Made by a program: the position numbers and the translations under genes. From Phoronis australis (lineage: Eukaryota; Animalia; Phoronida), in contig NMRA01000156.1 in the NCBI GenBank assembly GCA_002633005.1, positions 460,488-524,487 of the forward strand: a stretch of 64,000 nt of DNA, written 5' to 3'. Shown in pieces: positions 13,405 through 27,339 of this stretch (positions are counted from its first letter, which is position 1; each line of letters opens with the position of its first letter). The notes beneath the pieces were generated by a model. It did no database searches. It saw only the letters and a program-made list of their open reading frames with translations, and was not told where the DNA came from.

Positions 13405-15722
13405 TGCGTATCGTTCATCCATTTGGTCAACGACACTTTCGCTGACAGATGTCTGGCTAAAATGCTAGCCTTTTCGCTAGCGTTTTAACCAATGAAAGTG
13501 TTGGCGTTTATGCCAATCATGTGGAACTTATGAAACATTATGTGCTGGGACAGACGAGCAGTAGACATATGACCTTGACGCTTGCATTTGTTACAGACAG
13601 CCTCACGGACCTGCTCTAGACACGAGCATGACCAGTGTACCCTCACGGGTAGCATCTACAAGACTTGGCTGAGTTATCTCCCTTGCTGAACTGTGAATAA
13701 AGTGTTTCTTTGGAATACTCACTACAGTCTATCACCGCAGTATTTGCAGGTTAAGAGTCACTGGAATCAGTTCCAGATTTGGACGTTTTACCTGTTATCA
13801 TTAATTTTTAAGGATTCGTGCAACGAGCAACCTGCAGGGGAGCTTGGAGACCCTCTCCCAAGAACATTTCCGAGTTTATTCTTGTTAACATGATTTTTGG
13901 CTCAAGCTGAGTGAAACTTACGCTCCAAAACTCACAGAAATCTTTGTTTACGATTGCTAATCAGTTAGACATGTACACATTACACGGTTATCAAAATCTT
14001 ACTACTCCGTATCAATAACGCTATCGTCATAACGATATTCATGAGAAATACATGCATGCATTTTACCATCGAGAATGTTGCCTTTGTGTAAATAACAAAT
14101 AGCAGTCTTCAAGTTCTCCCATCTTTTGGTTCCCGTTATAGTTAGTCTTTCCAAGAACATATACTGTGGCTTTTATTAAAAAAATTGAGTTTTTTCTGTT
14201 ATTCTTTTGGTGTCGGATTTACAGGGAGGAAATGGACCAGTGGCACCCTTCTACAAGATGACCCGTCTGGGAGGCGAAACCTTAATATGAAAGACATGCC
14301 GCTCAAGTGCTCTAATATGGAAGGCAAGGCTATTTTAAAAACTATGAAAGAGTGATGGTTCCGTCTTTCATCATCACGTTACCTTCCTAAACATGATAGT
14401 TTCACTGTTACACAACTTAAAAAACACGAAAAGAGAGGCAATTGTTTCCATCACTGGGACCCTTCCGTGAGTGGACTGTTAAAAAAAATGTGTGCAAGTA
14501 TGAAAAAAGCAGGTATAGGGTAGTCACGCAAGTCATTAATAGCGCCCTCCTAGAGATGGAATTTATATCAAATGCTCTACAACTGCAATATCGACAGGTG
14601 ACTCCGTTACGCTTTCCCGAGATGGGCCTCTGGAGAAAACAGTTTTATATTGCCCGAAAATTCTCCTCGCCCTAAAAATACGAATTTGAATTTCCTCTGG
14701 AAAACCTGTGCTCAAGTTTTCTCGGACATTTTTAATATCCATCACTAAGAGGAGACTTTCAAGTAACCGTAAACGACCCATACGGTAACGCGCTGTTTAA
14801 AAATTGAAAGCCCTATTTCAAAAAATGTCCTCGAGAGGACTCCAAAGGTTAAATCCAGAGCTGGTAGTTGACAAATGTTCTCCGTTTTTTTTTTCTCCTC
14901 AACACGCACTTTCGTTGTGTCCTTCCTTTCTCTGCTGCTTTTTCTCCCTACAGCGCGCCTATGCCGGTCGCCACNAGTGAGAACCGCATCTCATACAAAC
15001 TGTTACGGTTATGTAGGTGATTATCTACAAGTCTGTGCTGTGTGGGAAATTCTACAAAACTGTAGATTTTAACTTAATGAAAGTTTTATTTTCTGAAAGC
15101 AGAAAGCCTCTTACATGTTATTAGTGGATCTCCAAGTAATTGTGTCACGTGACCATGCCATTTCAATAGAATTTAACGTAAAGAAAGGTACTTTCACAGC
15201 AAAACAGGGGTAAACAATAACATGTCCAAATTTCTTTTGACATAAATGTTCAAGATGAAAGCGCAAAAACGCTGTTACATTTTTTAAAATTCATTGCACC
15301 TTTTACGCGCCTTTTGTTTTTTAAGAGAAATTCATGAAGTCCTGTTTTTACAGCCCTAAATGCAAAAGTGGAACTTTATAAAAACAATTTCCAGCGTTTT
15401 AGATAACAGAGCATAAAGTACGTTATCTTAAAGTGGCACATGAATCCGACCAGCCATTTCTGATGTTCCGAAATTAGCCAAATTTGGACATTTTACTCAG
15501 GTTCTACATAATCTTAAGGAGTCAGGACTCTCCAACATTGTCACACAGACAGACAACAACATAAACTGCTCTTTGGGCATTTCAAACTTTAGAATATAAC
15601 ACGTAAAGGTATGAACTCAGGTTTTTATTATGTTTGTGATTACCTGAAATCAAACGTGAACATGTAATGTGACGGCACAATTACAAATGGGTGGCTGTTA
15701 TTGACTGACAAAATTGGGACAT

Positions 15723-16430
15723 TTATGATCCGTTCGTCTCGATGTTGTCTTTTTGTTTAAATGTATGATTTGACTTATTGAGATCGATTTTACCATAAAA
15801 TGTTACGTCTAACAAAAGTGACGAAGCAGAGACTACTCCTTCTCTATTATATGGGGTGTACGACAGAGAACTTGTCACAGGCATGTTTCTGTGAGGCGGT
15901 GTGTTTCCTATGCTGTCATACACGACAGGGGGCACTTGAATGTGCACAGATCCCAGGTGGCGGGTCTTATCTCCAGGTATCCCCATGGAAACATCTAATT
16001 CAGGCGAAATGGTTGGCTCTTGCTCAGTCTCGGCACAAATGTTGAACGAAATGGTGAAGGATAAGGCGGAACTCAGTGCAGACACTAGTACTTCCAATAT
16101 GGCCACCGGAAGTAAAAGAGAAGAAATACTGCATGCAACTGCGTGGCATAAAGACACGTCACCACTGTGTCCCGCAAGTAAGATGGAGGCTAAGGTTAGC
16201 GCAATGATATTCAAAACCAAAAGCAAGATAGCGTTGCAGTCACTTCTGAACTTCCAAGCACATATGCCGAAAGACCCAACAACCATGAAGGGTATACCGT
16301 TCCAAATAGAGTAGCCAGCTGGACCACCGTTGATCCTGTCCATGCTGACGACTGATATACCGCAAACAAGTTGTATGATGCCAAACGCTATGATGCAGTT
16401 GAGACGACGCGTCCCTCGCTTTCTTGGCAT
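15723..16430 (-). CDS. MS4A/CD20-like four-transmembrane protein, 235 aa, single coding exon
   Basis: Four hydrophobic segments with GIIQLVCG and GYSIWNGIPFMVVGSFGI, typical of CD20-family TM1/TM2, and a Pro-rich cytoplasmic tail. The ATG directly follows an acceptor (ttgtag|ATG on the minus strand). Confidence 0.8.
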   Translation of the reverse strand: MPRKRGTRRLNCIIAFGIIQLVCGISVVSMDRINGGPAGYSIWNGIPFMVVGSFGICAWKFRSDCNAILLLVLNIIALTLASILLAGHSGDVSLCHAVACSISSLLLPVAILEVLVSALSSALSFTISFNICAETEQEPTISPELDVSMGIPGDKTRHLGSVHIQVPPVVYDSIGNTPPHRNMPVTSSLSYTPYNREGVVSASSLLLDVTFYGKIDLNKSNHTFKQKDNIETNGS

Positions 16431-18693
16431 CTACAATGTCCAAAAGGAACTTTGACTATTTACTGACAAGCAATGCAAAGAGGAGCCCTAAGATTATTAT
16501 GTAGGACATTAGAAAATGTCCAAATCAGTTTAATTTCAGAACATTATATCTCAGAAATGATTGATAGGGTCAGTTCAAAATTTTTGGATACTATGCTCCG
16601 TACACTGCTCTTTGAAATCTTCATTTTCTTTATAAAATTGTTTCACTTTGCATAGCGGACAATCAAAAATATCACTTAATAGTTTCATGAAAAAATCAAA
16701 ACTCCCACAACACGAAAATTAAGTGATTATTTAGAAAACGTTAGCGGCGTATTTAAGATTTGATTTTGAACATGTGCGAGTTTTCAGAGCCGCGGTTCGG
16801 GAGGAGGGATAGGGAGCATGTGGACATAATTTGCAGGCGTTACGGTCAAACCCTGGGAAAGGCACAGGCGTAAGGCTGGGGTCAGAGGGCAGTCGAGAAA
16901 AACAGCGAAACATAAGTAGAAGAAATTTTATAAGAGCATTTGTCAACTTCCAGTAGTGTATTCACCCGTTGGGGGTCCTGGAGTGCGTTCAGTAACGCTA
17001 GGACCTACGCTACACGGCCATATCTCACGCAATCTCACGAAGTCTTGCTTTTTAGCGAGGCCCTAGCGTTATTGAAAGGGAGGCTGGTTGGATTTTTGCT
17101 AAGGGGCGCCATTTTTGCAGTATAGATGTTCTAAATGCCCTTGAAACGTGGTCTCAATTATACACATTTCGAAAGAAACAGATAAAACGTGTTACGCACA
17201 GACATTTAGCAGGAATTTCAATCAGATCTTTAAATTAAGGAAGACACAGCATTTTTCCAGGGATCTCTCTCCTATGTCTTTTTTGATATAATGCACCACT
17301 AAATATAAATTGGGAACCTGACGGATAACAGAGCCCGATGATAGCATTAATTGATTTCGTTTCTTGTTTTTGGAATTATATGTCGCCTTTTGATGTTTTC
17401 ATTGATGTTTGCTCTCGGAAAGGGCCCAAGTGACGAAATCAATTGCTTCTCTTTTCCATTTTCTAGTGAAAATGTACAATATTACAAAGTATGGAAAATC
17501 ATCATTTGGAGGATCACCAGGAAATTATCCCTCACTCTCTTCCGTATTTACTGAAACAGCCTTTTGTAATAAGGGGCATCCTTTAAAAAGGGTCTTCCCT
17601 TGGAGGAACGGCCCGGGCAAATGCCCTTTTGACCCCCCATAAATCTGACACATCCAACTATTGACGAGGAGAAGTAGATAGATTTCAAATTGGCGGAAAA
17701 GTTACTCAATATATTCGTGTGAAGCCCAGCAGCATCAAGACATGCGGTCCAGACAACCAAAACGTAATAGCGTATTAAAAATAACGTTAGCATCGGTCGC
17801 TATCGAAAGTAGTGGCAAGTTTGAAAAACTTTAAGACCACTACGGTAAAATGTCACCATTTTCGGAGAAAAATTATAGTCGCTTTTTTGTTTTTTTCAAA
17901 GGCTTCTGACATCGTTATGAATATCCTCAATTTCTCGGAATTATTGTCGGACGGCAACTATGGTATACATGTACATTTTTAAAAATGTTATAGCAATTAT
18001 TATTCTGCGCTACTTATCTCTTCTGAAAAAGAAATTCACTTGATGTGTTCCTTGGAGGTGGATACGATTTTTATGATATGCACGGTGTGCATGTCTAACG
18101 GATAAGGTGCTCACAGTACATGTAAACAAAAATTTCAAACAACCTGCGATTTTCGGATTGCAACTCGTAAACCGTAACATGCTACCACACGTTATCTCGA
18201 GAAAATTTGAAAATTTCTTGGGGAGGGCTCTCAAACCACCCTTGGAATGCCCAGAGTCCCATGCTCTCATGGTTGCTTGTAAAAAGAGTGTATCTACACG
18301 CAAACCGTTGGAAATTGATTGATTAGCTCCATACAGTGAATAACGTATTTCAAAAAAACATGCAACTTCACGATTTCCACTTTACTTTAAAAAGCTCGCT
18401 GTGTTTCGACGGCCCAACATGACAAGACTAGTTTCATTCCGGTAACCTGCACGTGTCCATTGTTTCTGATTTACGTGTTAACAAATCTGGGAAAATTAGC
18501 TAATTCATAGACGATTTTTTGACAATTAGAAGCTCATCTTGTAAGAAATTGATGGTGATTCGAGAAAATCTCTATCATCCTACCCAAAAAGGAAAAGTCC
18601 ACAAGATGAATTTTGCCCTTCTGGGATAATCCTCTCGCAATGTGGAGTTTCGGTGAATTTTGACGTAGGTTTATGAAATTCAGTGTGTTCTAT

Positions 18694-18761
18694 CATGGGT
18701 GGTGCACCACAGGGGGCTGGGGGTTATAGCCCCCACTTTTTTCAGTGCTGTGTCGCCCATG
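18694..18761. mobile_element. Tiny MITE
   Basis: tctat|catgggtg ... cgcccatg|cctat, with a near-perfect 5-bp TSD. Confidence 0.5.
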
Positions 18762-20459
18762 CCTATACCCCCTCTCTGTCGCATGTGAACTCAAGGCTTT
18801 CCGTTAATTCAAGAGTTAGGCAATGTTCCTTATCCCCAATTTCTCTTTATGCAGGTGACTAGCTGGTCCACGGGATGTGAACCGTAGCCGCAAGAATCTC
18901 AACAAAAAGCAGATCACACGACACCACATAAAATCACGAGTGTGAAAACTAGTCAGTCACGAGTATGCTCGGGACTTTAGTAATGTACCTTTAGCACAAT
19001 GGCGGCCACCGAAGGGATTAGTCAGTTATGTTTTGGAATGTTTATCTGTGGGATAGCATTCGCACTGTCCGTTCCATAAGCTAAGATTTCTCACCGCAAG
19101 TGCTTCGCTAGTGTCTTGGAACTACGGGATGTAACCAAATGATTTCCTGTCGGGGATTGATCTAACTCGACATTTACTACAATACCGTAGAAAATTTAAA
19201 CATCCCCCTTTACTAAAGTCAGCAACCCAATTATTACATTAGGGTTGAAAGTTTATGTATAAAATTATATGCATAATAAATACTAGAAATACCTTGAAAT
19301 AGCCACAGCTGCGCCTTGTCGACGAGACAGCTACGAAGATGTTCGTACCAAACGTCCCCCTGAACCCCTCCTGCTGCGTTTGTCAATTCATATGCAAAAG
19401 ATTTTCGGGTGTTCTACGTAACGTCTCACTAAATTGAGCTGTCAGAGGTACTCTTGTGGGCTGGGTTCTATGAAGCCCTGTCTTATCTATCTGCACACTC
19501 TGATTGTTCGTGTCGTATACGACTACTCGGAGTGTGTAGGTAGTTATTCCGACCACAACGAGACTTTTCGAATCAAAATGTTATGTTCGAGGTTGTATAC
19601 GACAATATGGGTGATGGAAGTGGTCGTGTTGACGAAAAATCGAGGTTTCTAAACAGTCCTAATTTGCAGACTATTCACAGTTTCCGAGTCAAATGAATGC
19701 GAATAATTACATGTAAGTCGACAATTTTAATTCAAACTAAGACACAATGGAAGTGGTAAATCAAATATAGTGCACGAAATATGGCTCAGAAATGTTTAAT
19801 TGCCACTTGCAGGGATCTTGTATCTTGAGAACCAAGTTTATCTACTGAATGACAGACATTAAATTGGTTCTCAAAATCCGTGATGCCCAGAAATGTTGTG
19901 GAATTACTTTGTTCTTCGGATAAAACTTTTGCGGTATTTTTCCCAAAAAGACTCGCTTGAAAAGGTTTAACATTTGATTATTCTTTTTTTTTGGTGTGGG
20001 ATTGTGTAGTTACTGACTAGCTGCACCTGCATGACTTCGCCGGTTTCGCTGGGTCAACCGGCTAAGACATATCTTCGTTTCGTTGCAACAAGAATCCCAC
20101 GAGTAAAGTTAGCGTGGTCTCGTGCCTCACGTGCAAAGCATGGCGATTTCTTGGTTTTCGCTAGGCTTTGACGTCTACGGAACGCTGCAAAGGGTTGCGT
20201 TCCGTAGATGGTAAGACATTATCTGTTTTGATTGATATTTCTGATAAACTCACTTAGGCAAAGCCTGCCATAATACTACTGTTGCGAAGTACCCCAAGCG
20301 CAAAGCAAGTATGTACGGTGATAGTCCTTGGCAAATTTACTGCAGCAAATACAGATTCTGTGCATGCACTGTTATTTCAGTGGTATTTTACAGAAATTTG
20401 TTTTGGTCCATCAAGTATTGTCCTGGGTGAGGAAAGACAACTATTGCACACAGCAGTAT

Positions 20460-23400
20460 CACGGATGAGAAACAACATGACCACCGGTCCTCTAAACCGG
20501 ACTGACTCACCCAAATCAGGATCTCCGGGGATCAAATGAGACGGCCGCGCCAGAAAATGGGACTGACGCACCTAAAAACATGACCGCCCCACCACAAAAC
20601 AGGACCGTCGGGGACTGAACGTGACCGCCGGGGATTGAAACCACAATGACAAACAGGCTAAGATTTATTACCGGTAGACCTATACAGATCATACAATTGG
20701 GCTATATACGGTTTGCATGTGCAGGTCTTGTGCCGATTAATCCACAGAAATCTTTTGTGTCCTACAGGACCCTTCCTTTGTAACACGCCGCGCTTTTGAG
20801 TTTTACTTCTGACCAGGCTCTGCTGCGGTAGGTGACTTATAAACACTTGGATGGACAACATTAACCACAAACCAACCACGTTGCACGCTTTTGAGCTAAA
20901 TAATTATAATTTTATACACTGCGCAAGTTTTAGAACAAAATGGAAATCATTCTCTCTAAATTGACGTTTTAGTCAAGTAAAAAACGGGCGTTCTGGTTCT
21001 CGGGTGAAGCATCATCACAACTACTCTTTGCCGGCAAACCTGTATACTAAATATATAGCTTTGCGCCGATGTGGCCGTTATAAAACTGAACGTGTAAAAT
21101 CTTCACCGAATTAGTGTTATTAACGACACTCCTCCTTAAGTAAACTAAATTACTTATCGGCGCTCGCCAAAAATTGTCGTTGTGTCGTTATTCTGCTGCT
21201 AAAATTGAGATGCGTTCTTGTAGGTCGGCTTACATTGGCCAGTTCCTTTTTTTCCCGATTCTTCAGTCAGCTGTTCTTCTCTTCTACGAGGATGCGTACA
21301 TGACACAACAAATTATCGAAACTGTTTTCATTTCGTTATAAGTTTTTATTGTGTATTTTAATACCAGCAAACGGAATTTCAGAACAAATCTTGCTGCTGC
21401 GAAGTTGTCATCACCTTCCGAAAGATGTCGCAAAATTTTAGGAAATGGCGCGTGTACATGTCACGAGCGCGACAGACTTTTTTGTTACGATAGGCAAAGA
21501 ATTATGCAAGAAAATGACGTTCGTTAGATTATTTTTCACTCAAGCGACTGCAAACTGCAAGGTGAATGTTGGTTGACTCCTAGATTTTGCATGCGCCTGC
21601 ACCGGTCGCTAGCTCTACATGTTGATATAAGTTTCAAGACGAAGTGACGAGCTACTTGCTGTGGGAAATTTCGGGGATGCAACAGAGCTCAATAACGCAG
21701 TGCTGCCAAGCTTTATTTTAACGATAGTCTTAAAGGAGAATGCCACCCGATTTAATTAGTCTTTTTGCCGTCTTAATCGGTCTATATCCACATCGCCTCG
21801 CATACGGCCAGACATCTGTCAACGAAAGTGTCGTTGACCAAATGGATGAACGATACGCACGTTAAAGGAGAATGCCACCCGATTTAATTACTCTTTTTTA
21901 CCATCTTCATTAGTGTATATCCACATCGCCTCTTATACGGTCGACCTCACCTTGCCAAGAGGTGTCGCGTTAACCTGTGAGGGAGGTGAGAAACGACGCT
22001 AGCGACGTCAGTGGTTCATGTGCAGAGTGAATGCCGCTATGTTGCGGTGCATCGTTCCCGCTTGTCCGAACTAAGCAGCTGCGAAGAAAGTGGGTATATC
22101 GTTTTTTTTACTTCCTCGAGAGTCCGAAATGCTTAGGAAGTGGCTCGTGGTAGTGAAGAATGAAATGTGCGCTGTAAATAGCAAGTATGAGACCGTGAAA
22201 CATCTCCGTGTCTGTGGCCTGCAGACGTCGACAGTGTCTGACGAATGCCGGCTTACCAAATAACTCCATATGCTCCGTTGTCTGAGCTTGTTCACGGCGC
22301 CTCTCTAGTATTTCTTCATCACTGTATTCCTGTTCGAATTGATAGCCTGTAAAACTTAACGATCCACCTGCGAAGTCGGGACTGATGAGCTCTAGCTCGT
22401 CCTAAGTCGGGATTGCGAGTTGCCATGTTGGCGTTTATTACTGAGCGTTCTGTTTCAAAATGAATTATTCTCACCCTAACCAACTGAAACAAAGTCTGTC
22501 TCATTAGATGCAATTTGTAATGCCTTTGGCGTGTTCATGAGTGCAAATGATCTGAGAAGCCAGCAATGAATAAATCACTGCGTTACCGGCTTTAGGTGCA
22601 ATAAAACTAATTGACGGGATACCGAGGCCGTGTGAGCTCATGCTATTTTAGCGTTTGCTGGCAGAAACTGTTGTGAAACAACTCGATTTCCATCCCACGG
22701 CCAGGTGTTAGGGGAATCTTTATTTACATTTACATTACTCAAATCGATTGTCAATGTACAACTTCTGCCCTGACGGTGCTGTGGCCAAAGCGGAACCCGA
22801 GTGAATTCGCGGCCCCGACGAGTAAGTAAATTTGCAGTTTCATTGCTAATTCACCAACATAATCACGTGCACATTACTTTGGCTCACTAGTATAGTATTT
22901 TCTGGACTGGAAGTTTAGTTTCCACTGAACTTTGGCTGGTTTATGTTCGTAATGACTGATCAGTTTCCGAGCTACTGGCCGGGATCGGCGGAGTCAATCC
23001 GGCCGGCCCGCGCGACGGGCCTGATCGGGATCCGAGCCACTGGCCAGGATAACAAGCGTTTTGTGTTTAGAACTAAAAAAATCGCAAGTCTAAACAACAC
23101 AGATCTAGGTTCTCCTGTCTGTATCTCACGGAAAATACTTCGAAATTATCTCCGAACAGATCCCAAACTCCTGCTACGGACCTTATTGGCCTGCCGAACT
23201 TTGTGTCCAAGTACCAATAAATCCGTAAAAACGAAATAAAACAACACGTCTTTATAAGAACTCGGTGTATTTTTATGGGTTTTACATCGAAGTTTGATGA
23301 TTTATTGGTGTTAAACGATGACTTCAAGCGATAAGCCGACATCAGTAACCCGTGTTGTGAACAGCTGAACAGACTGCGTGTGAAACCGATGACGTCATTG

Positions 23401-23788
23401 GATAATTTCAACACCTCCGTCTGCCGTCAGGTGTCAGGTAACGCAACCGTACGTGTCGTTATGGAGTAGAACTACTCGATCTAAATTGATACAAATTAGG
23501 TTGTTTTTTGGGTGGCATGCTCCTTTAACACAGCTAGCTGACCGGTTACGTCATAACCCGCAGTATCATACAAAGGCCTTGAGAACTACATTTTGTCCGG
23601 CGGTCATGTTCAGTCCCCAGCGGTCATGTTCAGTCCCCGGCGGTCCTGTTTTGTGGTGGGGCGGTCATGTTTTTAGGTGCGTCAGTCTCATTTTCTGGTG
23701 CGGTAGTCCCATTTGATCCCCGGAGGTCCTGTTTTGGGTGAGTCGGTCCGATTTAGAGGGCCGATGGTCATGTTGTCTCTCACCCGTG
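20460..23788. mobile_element. Long-TIR non-autonomous element (CAC...GTG ends) hosting Kolobok copy C
   Basis: ~175-bp inverted repeats at 20460-20632 and ~23610-23788. Flanks are agtat and ggtat. Confidence 0.7.
21734..23524 (+). mobile_element. Kolobok-like element copy C with a doubled left end
   Basis: TTAA|aggagaatgccaccc ... gggtggcatgctcct|TTAA. A second TTAA plus TIR sits at 21862. The empty site is visible near 29920. Confidence 0.9.
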
Positions 23789-24064
23789 GGTATAACCATG
23801 ATGTCAAGCCCTCGAGTTCGTCCATAGTCGGACTGTGTCAACTCATTTGCACATCAAGCTTCATTTCCATGTTGCGAATTAAGACAGATTTCGCGAAGAA
23901 TTCCAACCCCACTTTTAGTCACGGTTAACCTTCAGATCCTGATAAAACAGAGAACATGTGGCGCCAGAAGGGTGTTTTCTTCATTCAGAATAGCTTCAAA
24001 GAACCACTGAATATCGTTCACGACAATAATTTTTTTATTACTCCCCATTTAAACCGCATAATTA

Positions 24065-25493
24065 CCATCATGTTTGCCCCAATCTGGGCGTCCGGGCGTC
24101 TGGTGTCCGCGGTTGTATCTCCTAAACTCTGCAGAACTTGATTGTATTGAAATTTGGCAGGTGTTTTTCTATGGGGCTGACGACAGAGGACAACGAATTT
24201 CGGACCGACCAAAATACTACTGTCTCCTCTAGTGACAATTTTAGGGGTTTTCTTTACGTTTGTCTCTGTTCGGAGTGCTTTGATGGATTTTCATGAAATT
24301 CGGCAAGTAGGTTTTTAATGCTGAGGCGATGAAGCTAATCTCGAACGGATTCGACGGATGACCATTTTTGTTATTTTTGCGTCCGTTTTCTGGCGTCCGC
24401 TTCTCTATCTGTCATACCGCTTAAAGGATCATACTGTGTCGCCCCCTAGTGGCGATTTTGTTTTTTTGTGTCTGCGGCCGAATCTGCTTAACCATTTGAA
24501 GGATCTTAAAGGCGAAGGCAACCTTTTTTCATGTCGTTTTTATCAAAAATAAGTTTCGTTGGTGTGTGTGGATGCATATTTACGCCATCTCTGTCTGAGC
24601 GTCCTGCGTCCGACGTACAGCGTCTGCTGCTGTATCTCATAAAGCCCTAGCATGATCTTACTGAAATTTGACACATGTGCTCCTGTGGGGCTGATGACAG
24701 ATAAGTCGAGTTTCGGACCAATCCGAATACCGCTGTGAACCCTAGTAGCAATTTTTTTACGTTTGTCTCTGTATCTTCGGAGTTCCTTGATGGATTTTCA
24801 TGAAATTCGGCAAATAGATTTGTAATAAGGGGCAATGATGCAACTCTATTTTCGAATGGATTCGACGGATTTTACGCCACCTTGTGTCCATTTTTGTTAT
24901 TTTTGCGTCCATTTCTGGCGTCCACCTCTCTACCTGCCATATTGCTCAAAGGATTATTATGAAATTTTACAGATCAGGGGCCCGTTCCAACAAAACTGAC
25001 TTAGCTAAGACAAATCTTACATATCAGTAAATTTTAAAGTATAAGTTAAAGTTGTCTGAAAGCCAATTCAAGACAGAGATTTTAAGTTTGATTTAAGTGT
25101 TTGACATAAGTTTTGTCTTAATTTTGACTAACTTACCAAATGTGGAAGTTTCAAAGTTTGGAATTTAAGACAAATCTTAAACTTAAGTCAAAAATGAACT
25201 TAAGTCAGTTTCTTGGAACAGGCCCATGTTCCTGACTGGTCGCGACTGACGTTGACTTTTGGACGGATCGGAATACTGTTTCTTTCCCTAGTGGCAGTTT
25301 TTTTGCGTATGCGGCCAAATCTTTTTAACCTTTTGAAGGAATATTTTCATGAAATTCGACATATAGGTTCCTATTAAGGAGTCGAAAACGTCTTCCAATT
25401 TCCGGACAGATTTGATGTTTTCTGCGCTACCTGGTGGCTTTTTGTTTTATTTTGCGTCCGTTTTCTGGGGTTTGCATCCCTATCTGCCATACC
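24065..25493 (-). repeat. Satellite-like array element, reverse orientation
   Basis: Recurring ccctagtggc, ggattttcatgaaatt and cggac blocks. Its end matches the reverse complement of 10062-10090. Confidence 0.7.
24978..25225. mobile_element. MITE with PIF/Harbinger-like ends
   Basis: gggcccgttccaacaaaactgactta ... taagtcagtttcttggaacaggccc. Absent from the paralogous site near 32210. Confidence 0.8.
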
Positions 25494-27339
25494 ACTTCAA
25501 GTCCTTCTTGCAAACTGCCCATGTGGTTCAAGTATCCGAAAATACTTACTACATAAATTCTTATTTTCGACACCCTTTCTTTATATTCTTTTCGCCTTTC
25601 TTGCCAAAAGCGATTTTTTAACAGTATTTGACCCTTCTCTCTGAGCGTATGATTACCGGTTGTCATCGGTTATTTCCGTACCCACATTTCCGGCTCATCA
25701 GTTCAGGAACTTGTCCTGAACGCCGCCATTTTTTCCTTGTAACTGAATGTGCTATGGCTTGCTCGAAAAGTCTTCATTATTTTGTTTTATTAGTAATATA
25801 TCGTGATTCGTTTGCATATGTAGTGTATTTATAGTTTGTAGTTAGTGGTCGTTGATTTTTTTGGAATGTTACGCGTACTTAGTATGTTAAAATAGCATTG
25901 GTGTTTAGTTCCTTACGTAGGCCGGTCGAACCTAGGAACCAATATGGGTCGAACCAATTTTTTTTCGGTTTTATTTTTTTCCTCGTTTTGAAAAAGTACT
26001 TTGCTATCATCGGAAAGGTAGTACATTCTACTCAGTAAAAATCGAAAAAGTATCAAAATCGGGGCAAGCACTGTAAAGTTATTGCAAGTTTTGTGGCGAA
26101 ATTTGGGTCACTTTGTTTGGATCGCGTCGGCCATATTGGAGGACAGCGGGATGAGTTACGAGTTTAAAACTTTGTGTAAATTGTTTTCGCCAACAAATTA
26201 CGGTGAAATTTAGTTAGACATATCTTTACTTACTATTCTGCACGATTTAGCAGTGTTCACCAAATTTCAGCCTCGCAGTTGTTACTCATTAAGTGATAAA
26301 TGTGCTCACAATTCCCGTTGGACTTCGTCTCATTTCTGGCGGCACCTACAATGTCGACTTTTGCTGAACTGAAAGGCATGTTCAATCGGCTACTTTGTAA
26401 TTTGTGAAGATTTAACGTTGATACATTTTGACAAACGTTGCTACAAAAAAGAAACTTTGTTCAATTTTCGTGTTTTTTGTGTTTGTGGCCAGCGACCAGT
26501 TAGGCCTAAGGGTAGTCTTGGCGCAAAGCTGGCGTGCGTTCAGTAGACGCTAGGACCTACGCTAGGACCTAGCTAAGCTAGTCAAAGTCACGTGCTCTCA
26601 TTTAAAATACACGGCAATATCTCACGTAATCTCGTGAAGTCTTGCTTTTTAGCGAAGTCCTAGCGTTACTGAACGGGAGGCTGTCAAGGCCTACTAACAA
26701 GCTGTATTTTGACTATAGTCTTCACTGGTAGCTGGTGACTGAGGCTAACTAAGGTCTGCCGCGGCAGTGTGACACAGGACTAACCAGCCCGTAATTTCAT
26801 GCAAGTGTCTGAAACTACCCTTGAATATATGCAGCATTTATCATTTGACCATTTTACTTCGACAAAACAGCTTGCAACCGCATGCATTTACCGTTCGCCA
26901 GTGTCTGGTCTCGATCCGCACCGGGTCCGATAGACTGCGGTCCCGAGTCTGGCAAAATAATTTCTGTCAACATTTATTTGACACATTTCTTCAGTAAATT
27001 CCATAAAATTGTCCGTAGTTTGATTTTATCAAAATTAAGGCGCGCTGTCGATTTTTTTATCCCCGTTTGCTGGCTGGTAACAGTACAGGCACTGCTCCAG
27101 TCGCACTGACGGCGTTTTCTCGGCCTGGGTTCCTGAATGAATTGTACTTCCGGGTTCGCGGCAAGTTCAAAATGGCGGTGTTTCTTCGGGTGCGAATCGT
27201 GAGTGGCGCGTTCATTTAAACTGTTTTCGAGTACGGATCGTGTATTAGTTATAGGGTAGGTACTTCTTGGATCCTTATACATCTTCTAACCATGTAATAA
27301 GGGTTAAGAACGCGTGAGAGAAGGACATTAAAGGATCAA

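Larger units (their letters stand above)
21116..25493 (+). repeat. Direct duplication, copy 1 (partner 29345-32477)
   Basis: Colinear high similarity from gttattaacgacactc to tatctgccatacc, apart from element insertions and indels. Confidence 0.9.

Noticed and set aside
13499-13866. Possible BEL-type solo LTR (TGTT...AACA with AATAAA)
   Set aside because: No matching TSD or primer-binding site could be found.
15800-16314. Plus-strand ORFs overlapping the MS4A-like CDS
   Set aside because: Antisense shadows of the real gene.
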